Shown here in pieces: positions 47,801 through 58,158 of a stretch of DNA of 64,000 nucleotides (position 1 is the stretch's first letter; each line of letters starts with the position of its first letter). The stretch is from Phoronis australis. Taxonomy: Eukaryota; Animalia; Phoronida. The stretch is from positions 558,489-622,488 of the forward strand of contig NMRA01000164.1 of NCBI GenBank assembly GCA_002633005.1. Direction: 5' to 3'. A program made the translations under genes and the position numbers. The notes beneath the pieces were generated by a model, which was given only the letters and a program-made list of their open reading frames with translations, ran no database searches and was not told the origin of the DNA.

Positions 47801-50800
47801 AATGATTTTATAGTCTTGCCTGTCAGATGGCGCCACCAAAGCCTCTCCAGTTGCTTGGGGTCTATTCCAGCATGGGCTGTGTTGACCAAGTTGGTTCAGT
47901 CTTTGTTCATAATTGTTATTAGATGATAATAATATTGATTAATATTTGTGTCATATACTTGTGTCACTGAATACATCATTGGAACTGTCCGAGCGGTCAT
48001 GCATGTCTTAATTTTTTTGAGTTGGTTATTGTGTTCTTTTCCAACAGGCCAATCCAAAGTACCAGTTGAATGGAAAGTGACGAGGGGTAAATTGTATGAC
48101 GAGGGACACAGGTTGATGCTTTCTCACCCTAAGGTGGGTAGTTCAGCTCACGCAGTTGCACACTCTACTTTTGCTGTTTATTGCCACGCAGTAAGGCAAA
48201 TGTGTTCAAACTCATTAAGACTTATATTACTGGAGGTATTTCCTGGCTCATTCTGTAGCGGTTTTCTTAAATTAATCGGTGGCGCCAGAACAGCAAGAGT
48301 CCTACAACCTAGAAATGAAGTCAGTCGAGTAACCTCATGGTCCCTTATGACACGATCGCCCCATTCTGGTTGAGTTCATTAGACGCAAAAATCTAGCGAG
48401 TGGAGTTCGTGTGATCACATGCTTTGCTAGTAATATGCACAGTGATATCTCGTGGAGGCTTGTGTATATTTTGTCGCTGTAATTGGTACGCGATGAAGTG
48501 CTTTCTGCTCTCAGATGTTCACAAGATGATCCTTTCTTCAAATCAACACTATCTCGCTAGTATCGTGAATCCTATTTTCAGCCTCAACACACTGAATCTT
48601 GGTCATTATTATTATTTTTTCATTTGATATAAGATGTTGATAACAGAGGAGTTGTGAGGTACTGGTGCATAGTATCGTTGACTTACGAGTAAGTTAGGAT
48701 TAAAATTATGTTACTTAAAGGGACATCATTGGTTTTACCATAGACTATAGTACACCATAGACCATAGTAAATGGACCACCAACTACGTAATACTTTCAAT
48801 GGACGAAATCTGTGCTCTTACAGAAGCAATGACGTCATTGTTCACTAGCGACATCTGGCCAAATTATCTGGTTTTATTTCCGACAAGTATGTCGTCTGCT
48901 AATCATGGTCGGCTGTTGTGTTGTCATACTACACTAACCTGACACTGAAACAGATATAGGAGAGTGGCGCTTCCTGTAGGATAGTACGCGAGAAAATGTG
49001 GGATTTGCGACTCTGTTGTCTATAATCTATGGTTTTACTGACAAAATGAGCAGTTTTGGAAGTGGTAGGGATACATTTTTAATGTAGTCTTGGCATCTGT
49101 TGAGTGGATTTTAGCCTCCTCAGCAGAGTGTTTGATAGTCACCATAGAGATTTCAAGTTTAATTCCGCTCTGTGGCTGATCTCAAAAATCACTTTTCTTG
49201 TCAACAATGTCCCTTCAACACTTTTTGGTCATATTCGCTTCCTATACAACATGACTTGTTGTGTAGTGAATTGTGAAGGGGTCTGTCCTAACGTGCAACC
49301 ATTAAACACATACCTCCCTTTGATGACTTGCTGTATTTCAGGAACTTAGCCAGGTCACATGGCATGCCAAAGGTGACTACTTCGCGGTGGTGATGCCCCA
49401 AGGGGAGAGCATGTCCGTTCTTATACACCAGCTGTCTAAACGGAGGTCTCAGGTGTGTAAAGACTCTGTTCAGTGCCATTGTTACCCTCACAGAAAAGTT
49501 TGAATGATTAATGGAGTTTGATGTAGTTCGTAGACTGCAACATGAAACATTCATCCTTTGGACTCATCTTTACGAATTCCGATAAGTTAGAACAAATGCC
49601 AAACCAGTCATTAATTCTTTCACTGCCAAGCAGGTTGTACACCGATTTGCCTGTTTACTGCTAATATGACAGTCAGTTGGGCACTTGCCTGTTTTTGACT
49701 TACTTAATTCTAACTACATTTTAACGACAATATCAGATGACAGAATGACTGGTTGGAAAATCCAAATGAGAGCTTTTTTGATTTTTTCAATGGGAATCCG
49801 ACTTTGAGGTAAGTACCAGGCTGGTGAGGATATTTCTCCTGAAATCTTGATAACTTTACTTGACAAATAACTCCCTTAGGATATAATGTGGTAACTTTGA
49901 GATGTCAAGGTTTGTTAGCAATCCATCTACAAATATCACTTTGATGGCGTCTTTAGTGGTTGAACCCTATGTTTTATGTCTGCTTAGGGTTTAATTAACT
50001 GTGGGAAATGCAGTTTACTCAAAACGCTTTATTCCACATTATTTATTCAAATTTTACCTGGTGATGTTTATCGGTGTTTGTAAGTATTCTCATTTTGTGT
50101 TGTTGCTTATGTTAGGCCCCTGTTGCACTAAATTCGTTCTGAGAATGTCCGAGCCTGTCTTTAACTTTACAAAGTGGGCTGGGAGGAGACGGCAGTGATT
50201 AACTTGGGTCAATATTGCATACAGGACTATCTGGGGTTCTTACACAGATTGTATAACTCTTAGTTTACCCTTGTGTTTGTAATGTTTTCAAGATTGTAAT
50301 GTGATCTATACTATACCTTGTTGTGACAGGGCCCTTATTATCATATTGGATCGTTTCAGAATCCTTTCAGCAAGTCCAAAGGCATGGTGCAGAAAGTACT
50401 CTTCCATCCACTACGACCATTCTTGTTTGTTGCTGTGAGTGAATGTGTTTTAATCAGTGTGTCTGTCCTGCATTCTACTACTATGTAAGTCGGGCTTGTG
50501 CCATGAAAAGTGACTTGGGGAACAAGGACAGAAGTTTGGTGTTATGGTCTGCAAAACAGTTTCTGAAAAATAACTAAAACTCACTTTAAACAAAAAGAAT
50601 AAGCTGTCTGAGAATGTACCCATAGCTGTTACTAACTGGTGAAAATTGTACAGTTATTTCCAGGCAGTGATGTTCTAATATCTAAATGACTAAAACTTTA
50701 TTTGGCAATTGTGATGTGGGAGCACAAGTCCAAATTTCTTTGATAACTTTTCATGAAACAGACCCCTTTATAGACCCTAGATTCGAAATGGCATTTTCGT

Positions 50801-53800
50801 TACCTGGATTCCCACTGGTGAAAATGGAGTAAAGAATTGGCGTAACATTCCGTAGATAATTAAGATAAATTTACAATATTAAATCACTGGCTGAATTGCA
50901 TTAAGAGCTATTGCAGTAATTATCTGAATTAAAATGGATTAAGGGCACAGACATGTTGACCATTTGAAGCTAAACCTGGATGAAGGTGGAGTCAAAAGGG
51001 AGTCCAACTCACTTTTTACAACAAGACACAACGCACACCTAAAACGATCTGATATCTTGAGACTGATGTAGGTGCAAAACTGAACAGGATCACACAAACT
51101 CTTATCAAATTTAACTGCGGTAGCCATATTACTGCAATGGATTAACCTTTCTCACAGAGTTGGACTAAATGTTATGCCTGTTTATAATCTCATGTCCTGA
51201 AGAGGAGTAAATTTTATACTGTGCAGCAGTAAGTGACCACTAAGCCGCTTGCGGTCAGTAAGGAAAGTTATGCTTGTGGAGTAAAGGGTTCAGTAAGGAA
51301 CAGTTTCATTTAATACAAAGCTGGTGATATGTTATGAAGAAATGTTGAGCATGCGCAAACTCGGTATAAAGTAATGGACTACACATTTTCACATGGATCG
51401 TTTGTTGTCATCTGTACTTGTGCACTACAGACGCAGCGCTACGTGAGAGTGTATAACCTTGCCACTCAAGAGTTGAGTAAAAAGCTGCAGGGAAACTGCA
51501 AATGGATATCCAGCATAGCCATCCACCCTGGAGGTAGGAGTCACTTTTTAAAAAGATACTCGGTGATTTCAGTCACTCCTCATTCTGTGCTCTGCTATTA
51601 CATCTTTTGTGTCTCACTTCAAGGAAAAAAGATGAGGCTTTCAACTAAAAACACTCGCTATGTCACAAAACGGATCCTCTTGTTGTCGTAGTGGATGGTG
51701 TTACTCGCAGTTGTCCTGCAACCACTTATCCTGTTAGTCGAGCTTACCGGTTCAGTAAACTTTGTTTGGGTTGCTCCAAACTTTTGGATTCTGATGAGGG
51801 TTTCCCAAATCAAGTTCCTTTCTTTTGTTAATGTAATTTTCAGGAAATTTGCGCAGCTATTGCTTTGTTTTATTGCTAAAACATATCTACAAGTTGAATT
51901 AAATTGTCTTAGTGGAGAAGTTTTATGTGTTGTGTTGTTATACAGTTATTCATTATCTTGTGAATTCCTAGTGTTATTTGTCATTGTTTTATGTATGTTT
52001 AGGAGATAATGTGATCATCGGGAGTTATGACAGCCGCCTAAGCTGGTTTGATCTGGATTTGTCTACCAAGCCTTATCAAACGTTGAGGTCAGTCTGGTAA
52101 CTTTCATGTAATTTGGTTATAGCTGTATACTACAATGGAAAATGGTCAAGCATAGTTACATTCAAACTGGAATAAATGTGTAGTATTTGAAAATTTAGGT
52201 TTTAACATGGCATTTAAGCCTCCAAAATATTTGAACTGACCACCATGTGTTGATTTTCTGTTCCACTGTAGGGCAGGAAAACAGGTTGCTTGATCCTTTG
52301 TCCTTGCAGGTTGTGGTTACCTGCATCTGTCAAACTTCAAATCATTCTGTGATATACAAACAGTAGTGCTTGAAACATAATCCAATATGGTTATCAGGCG
52401 GCTACTGTTAGAAAAACCCAAATGTTTAACACAGTCACAATACAGCAATCCTGGCTGCTTGATTGTCAGCCTCAGTGTCACTTAGTCTTAGTGAAGTTTT
52501 TCGGGTGCCTCTTCCTCATCTGCTGCTTTGTTTGTTACAGACACCACAAGAAGGCATTGCGTCAGGTCTGCTATCATCGCAGGTATCCCCTGTTTGCGTC
52601 AGCTTCTGACGACGGTACTGTCATTGTTTGCCATGGCATGGTTTACAAGTAAGTTATCTTGTAGCTGAATTATTCACAGAAATTTCTCCAAAAAGTAGGA
52701 ACATGTAAGACCACACAAAATAACTCGAGTCGAGAGTGAGGAGAGCGTTTTGTGAATGTTCGGAGATTGCTAGCCTACCCTAGCAAACTGACCATGTGAT
52801 TGTTTGGCAAGGTTAGAATGTTGATTTATGGAATAGAATTCACTGCTCTTCCTTCCCATGGCATTGGCAAGTGTTTCTTGCCACCAGTGCTTTGTGAACA
52901 TATGGGGTCACTGGAATACAGCCCAAGTTAGGAGTAAAATCACTTAAAGCTAACCGGTGGATGCTTTTAAAGAACTAAAAGTCTGCATCTTCTAAAGATG
53001 AAACTAGTTACCTGAAAGATGAAACTAGTTACCTGAAAGATGTAACCACTCCATCAACATGTTACATACCTGGGTAGAGTTCAGTAGCTGTATCGTGGCT
53101 AAAAAATTCAACCAAAATCACGTGTTTTCTTTTCAACTACACAACATGATCTCACACAATCTCACGCAATCTTGCTTTTCTAGCGAGGTTCTAGCAAAGT
53201 CATAGTATTATTGAACTTTACCTTGTCTTCTATCAGAACACGGTGTACTTTTGTTTTAGACCACTTACCATTTACTATAAAACTGGTCTTAATTTGCCTT
53301 TTTCTCAAATGTCAGTCACTTCTGAACTTGAGAAGCACAGGCTGTTTGTTGTGCTTCAACCAGTCTCTATAAATTGAATGGCTAACCTATTTTAATGTAA
53401 ACTAGTGATCTAGTGATCACAGTAGCAGTGTATTACTGCAGGGCAAGTGGTATGTTGGAGCACTGAATTGTGGGTAAATACTACAGAATCAGAGAAGGCA
53501 CTGTGGTATTTTTGGAAGTGGCTATTTACACTTCATGACAAAAGTAATCAGGCAAAATATTGTTTCTTCTTTTAACAGCTAATTCAATGAACAAAACATG
53601 ACTGAATATATTATGGTGGCAAAATTTTAATTACACAATAACTTGGGCTCCTTACCAACTTTCTGGTCAGTTCTCTGTTATTAGGAAATTAAGACTACTG
53701 TCACGATGAATTCGGTTTCCGCCCAGCCATCATATCGAGAATTCAGATCGTTTTGTCTGAATGTTTTGGCACCTTAGTATTTTTCATCCTATTGAGTGGT

Positions 53801-54126
53801 ATATGGTGTTTTTCACTAGTTATGTAAAACTATTCAGTCTATGTTACAAGTATTGCACGCTTGTCTGTTCTATTTCACATTTCTTACCCTGATACCTATT
53901 TGTTTCATACACTGTTGTGGCCATTCGTCGGTGAAATGGTGAATGTAATGCACTTGATGATTATCATTTCAGTGATCTCCTACAGAATGCATTAATTGTG
54001 CCAGTTAAAGTCCTGCGTGGACATTCAGTAGTGAAAGACTTGTGCGTGTTAGACTGCCAGTTTCATCCTACACAACCATGGATATTTACCGCTGGAGCGG
54101 ACAATTTTATAAGGCTGTATACATAG
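35809..54126 (+). CDS. BOP1: Ribosome biogenesis protein BOP1 (Erb1 homolog; BOP1NT plus WD40 repeats), 18 exons, 766 aa
   Basis: Exons 35809-35889, 39257-39397, 39782-39994, 40492-40764, 41082-41183, 42133-42357, 42851-43012, 43479-43559, 44853-44922, 45615-45747, 46432-46529, 48048-48133, 49342-49452, 50360-50434, 51431-51533, 52003-52087, 52541-52648, 53973-54126, total 2301 nt in frame. Motifs [75 protein letters not shown]. Exon 1 is less certain than the rest. Confidence 0.95.
35996..36998 (+). repeat. Repeat family A, copy in BOP1 intron 1, with (GCCA/GCTA)n head
   Basis: GCCA/GCTA microsatellite 35996-36092, then colinear with 11588-12300. A further shared block GCTTCATATGCCGGAAGCTTTTCGGTGAATTATGCC (~36954-36989) matches ~12394-12429. 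Confidence 0.85.
38029..38449. mobile_element. hAT-like non-autonomous element
   Basis: CAGGGCTTGACATT...AATGTCGAGCCCTG; flanks ACACC / ACACT. Confidence 0.6.
41735..41815 (-). mobile_element. Degenerate tRNA-derived SINE head
   Basis: Minus strand GGTGAGTTCCAATCCGTTGTGGGG resembles a B box / T arm; A box is poor. Confidence 0.3.
44013..44493. mobile_element. hAT-like MITE, copy 2, with apparent 6-bp duplication
   Basis: CAAGGCTTGGAAT...ATTCCAAGCCCTG flanked by TAGTGT on both sides. Confidence 0.7.
45808..46010. repeat. Diverged ~80-bp tandem repeat (about 2.5 units)
   Basis: TATGCCTGTGTTGC...TTAAGCCT occurs three times. Confidence 0.7.
48719..49214. mobile_element. Kolobok-like MITE hosting a nested element
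   Basis: TTAA|AGGGACAT...ATGTCCCT|TCAA. Confidence 0.55.
48739..49031. mobile_element. P-element-like MITE nested in the Kolobok-like element
   Basis: CATAGACTATAG...CTATAATCTATG with perfect 7-bp duplication GTTTTAC (48732-48738, 49032-49038). Confidence 0.75.
50115..50334. mobile_element. PIF/Harbinger-like MITE
   Basis: TTA|GGCCCCTG...CAGGGCCC|TTA. Confidence 0.6.
52994..53042. repeat. 21-bp tandem duplication
   Basis: AAAGATGAAACTAGTTACCTG twice plus a partial copy. Confidence 0.8.
53069..53223 (-). mobile_element. Degenerate copy of the 62462-62622 MITE
   Basis: CCTGGGTAGAGTTCAGTAGC...TCTTGCTTTTCTA is the reverse-orientation homologue. Confidence 0.6.
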
Positions 54127-55454
54127 TATAACTTAGCATTTCATTCGACTGTGAAAGACATGTACAGAGCAAGAGAGTGGTGGTCTTTGGATAATGGAAA
54201 TTTGACTACTGGCTTCAGTGATGAATTTTTGTTTCTTTATCTCTGAAGAAGATGCGACTAGTCCCTTGTTATGGACCCACATACACATATATGTGGGTGG
54301 GTGCGTAGTGCTGCCATCTCTGTGAAGTATCGGCTAAAGCCCTTGCAGGATCTAATGAGTAAATTGGCAGATGTGTTCCTAGAAAGGTGTCGACAGACGA
54401 CGATGATTAACAGACCTATTCAACCACTGCCATGCCCCCTAATTTAGCTGTTGCAGACATGGATATTTATCAGTAGTGCTGCAGGATTCCCTTAGTGTCA
54501 CGTGACAATATGCTAGTGACAGATTCGTCTATGTTGAAGTGTGAGTTTTATATTATATACTTGCTATATTCAATGTACTCTATGTAGTTTATGTTCTAGC
54601 AAACAAGGCTTACCATATGTCTGTTCAGAATAGCACTATCAGTGCCTGCAACTCAAGCTAAAACACTTTTAGAAAAATGGGTTAGGAATACAATTCATGT
54701 GTTAACTTCCTTTGCTACACTCAGGAAACAATTACAAAACATTTTGTTGGTAAACTACTGACCCAAAGGCAAATGTGACAGATTCAATGAACAGTTTGTC
54801 CCTATCGGCATTTGAATATATGGGACCTTTTTAAAGTGCCACTGTGCTGGGAGTATTGAGTTCAAGTTCAACTTGGCGCTAATTTGGTTATTAATAACCA
54901 GAAATGGCAAATTAGAAAGTAGGATAAGTCGAGTTGGGTGCAGTGAATGACGTTTCCATTGAAACAATGGTGAACTTCATGTGGTCCTAGGTAGGCATCA
55001 TGCCACATCAAAAAACCAAAAGGAAGATTCCGTACCAAAACATTAAACTAAACAAAACTGCTTTTCAAGAAGTAATTGCTTGAGGCTGTGAATGATTCTT
55101 CTGGTTATATGAGCCTAAAATAAAACCGGCTATTGTCAATTGAGTAGGCAACGTTTATTGTAAGTATGGAACTGGTGTGATTACTACATTAGGATCACTC
55201 AGTTCCACAAACACACAGGCACTCAAAAGGAAGTATCAGTCCTCATAATGGGGGTGGGCGGTTAAGCCCAACATGGATGCTTAACAGTGAAAATTTGCAC
55301 ATTTTGGGGATGGGCGGTATAGCCAAACAAGACACTTAATCTGGAAAAGAATGATAACCACAGAGAATAACACTTTTTGCTTTTGGAAACTTTAGTCTAA
55401 GCATATCTTATTTGATCAAGATTACTGATAATTCAACATTTATGGTGGAACTTG

Positions 55455-55548
55455 GGCCTTAACTCCTTATCTGTGTGGTTGCTTGGTCAAATTAGTCAGA
55501 AGGCCTTAACTCCTTATCTGTGTGGTTGCTTGGTCAAATTAGTCAGAA
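55455..55548. repeat. Perfect 47-bp tandem duplication
   Basis: GGCCTTAACTCCTTATCTGTGTGGTTGCTTGGTCAAATTAGTCAGAA twice. Confidence 0.9.
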
Positions 55549-55702
55549 ACAACATATAGCGACGTTGTGAATATGAAGTAGGTTGAAAATTACTAAATGT
55601 TTTTTAAAAACAATAATGGAATGTACGTTACTCATCCAGTTGTGGCATAATGCAAATCAAAAATAAATCAGTTTCTGGACTTACTTTATATAAATGATAA
55701 GG

Positions 55703-55798
55703 TAGCGTCCCCATCTCGAAGACTTCTACAGATCGTCAGGAGCCGAATTGCTGGCAACCTTCAGACGACCTGCAGAAGTCTCCGAGATGGGAACGCTA
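55703..55798. mobile_element. 96-bp palindromic mini-element with TAGCG...CGCTA ends
   Basis: Arms TAGCGTCCCCATCTCGAAGACTTCTACAGATCGTC and reverse complement TAGCGTTCCCATCTCGGAGACTTCTGCAGGTCGTC. Confidence 0.7.
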
Positions 55799-57120
55799 TC
55801 TGTCAACGGGGTGTTGGGGATAACACTGCATGATGCAGGCTATGTGAACCCCCAAGGTACGTCATTAGAGCAAAGGCCACGTGTTTGCAGATTTGTTTAT
55901 TCTCACCATCATTTACAAGTTGTTGCTGAATGGAACTGCACTTTTTATTAGCGTAGATGACATTTAAATAGCGTTGTCATTTAGTTCGTGTTACACATAA
56001 GCATAGTTGGGAGCATGCAAATACGCCTTTAAGTACTGTAATGTTCTGGAGTACATAAACTGGTCAATTGAATAGCCCACTGTTGGCTATCGTGTCCAGA
56101 AGGTAACACTCAGCCTGCAGGCTGGTGTTAGCTCGGGTAAAATGTAATTTCCCTAATGGTAGTTTAACTTCGTGTAGTGAAAGTCTTGAGTTGTCAAGGC
56201 GCTCATTTCGTGAAAAAAATATGCCGTAGGCTGATTTGTTTTGGTGACCGTCTTCACTGAAACTAAGGTATCCTACTGAGCGATTACCTTCCTAAACCAC
56301 GTTCATGCTACCAAAACAAAGTGCACCAGTCAAATATACAACCTTTAATACCAGACACACAATACAACTAATGGAATTCAAGTAAATACCTACCAATTAC
56401 CCTACCACTAACGTAATTTATCCCCTCAAAGGGATCGTCTTAGTTGTTGGAAGGGTCATTAGTCAGGGAAAGATTGAAAATTGGTTTGAATTTTGAAATT
56501 TGGTCATCTTTGTATTCTTTTGTTATATTCAGACTATCGGCCCTTCGGACTATCAACCAAGAGCGATTCTCAAAATTCTAAAATAATATATTTCGGACCA
56601 AAGACCCTTCGAACTAACGAACATCAGCTGATAAAACAGTATGAAATGACAAAAAGATATACTGCATGTTTCGTTTAGCAGCCAATAGTTTTTCCGACTA
56701 TCGCCCCTTCTTATCACTGTCCCTCACACTATCAACCTAGACCCCCCCAAAACGCTATCCGTAGTGTTCTCAGTCAGGAAGAGCAGCATGATTTTTCTCC
56801 CTATCTTTGTTGTGAGATGCTAGAGACCAAGGGAAAACCCGGGCAGCATATTTTTTTTTTGAGTTAAAAATTCCAAGCAGTATTGTGAGCATTGGTGATA
56901 GTTAAAACGTAGGCCCAGGGTGGCGCACACAATGCAGTTCCTATGGTGCGAACAGTCCTCAGTATTTCCCTAGAGCTACGCTTTCAGGCTACGTTAAAAT
57001 TTAAGAAAGTGGCATACATATAATGATTAAACTGCTTACTGGTGAATCAATGTGTCTGTAATTAGTAAATAGATGATATTACGCTTCAGTAGCAATGGTA
57101 GGATGAATCTACAGTGTGTT

Positions 57121-58158
57121 CTCTGTCTCCGTCACTGGGTGCGGCAAACCTTGCAGAAGTTACACGTGGCGGCACAATGGTATCTCATGCTCTCTGTGCT
57201 ATGGTAATCGGTGCACTTGTCCTTCAATTTGGTACATCTGTCACTTTTATCTTTGCAAACTGCAATGAGAAATGAGTGTGAGAAACTGCCCATACACCGC
57301 ATGTCAGTGTCTTCGGGTTCGTTCTTCGAGCTGGTGGAATCGTTGTTGGGGCGCTGAATCCGAGCCTAGGGCCAAGGCCCAGGGACCATTGTTGTTTTGT
57401 ACTTTAGCAATACAAAATGCCCTTTAAGTTTGTCCGTTGTCGGACTTTCTCTGGTCATTATTCATGGTAAACTTTCGAGCAAGAGCATATTCCAGGAGGA
57501 TCACCCCCAATAATTGTCGACTCGTTGAGCAATGAAACAAAATGTTGGGCAAGAAATCAACTTCAATCACTTTCAAATAAGATTTTTCAAATATGAAACT
57601 TCTATAAATTGGTGATGCCATGTGAACTTTTCGTCCATTTATCATGGGCGGCGCACCATAGGGGACTGGGGGGGGGGGGGNCTCTGTCTCCGTCACTAGG
57701 TGCGGCAAACCTTGCAGAAGTTACACGTGGCGGCACAATGGTATCTCATGCTCTCTGTGCTATGGTAATCGGTGCACTTGTCCTTCAATTTGGTACACCT
57801 GTCACTTTTATCTTTGCAAACTGCAATGAGAAATGAGTGTGAGAAACTGCCAAGGCCCAGGGACCATTGTTGTTTTGTACTTTAGCAATACAAAATGCCC
57901 TTTAAATTTGTCCGTTGTCGGACTTTCTCTGGTCATTATTCATGGTAAACTTTCGAGCAAGAGCATATTCCAGGAGGATCACCCCCAATAATTGTCGACT
58001 CGTTGAGCAATGAAACAAAATGTTGGGCAAGAAATCAACTTCAATCACTTTCAAATAAGATTTTTCAAATATGAAACTTCTATAAATTGGTGATGCCATG
58101 TGAACTTTTCGTCCATTTATCATGGGCGGCGCACCATAGGGGACTGGGGGGGGGGGGG
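57121..58158. repeat. Near-identical tandem duplication (57121-57680 / 57682-58158) joined at an N; duplicates the terminal ShKT exon (second copy 57820-57696)
   Basis: Few substitutions; ~82 bp (57291-57372) missing from the second copy; junction is a G-run plus N at 57681. Confidence 0.85.

Noticed and set aside
57298-57400. Extra Pro/Thr linker exon of the ShKT gene (FSAPTTIPPARRTNPKTLTC)
   Set aside because: It would need a 38-nt intron, no clear acceptor was found, and most of the segment is absent from the duplicate copy.
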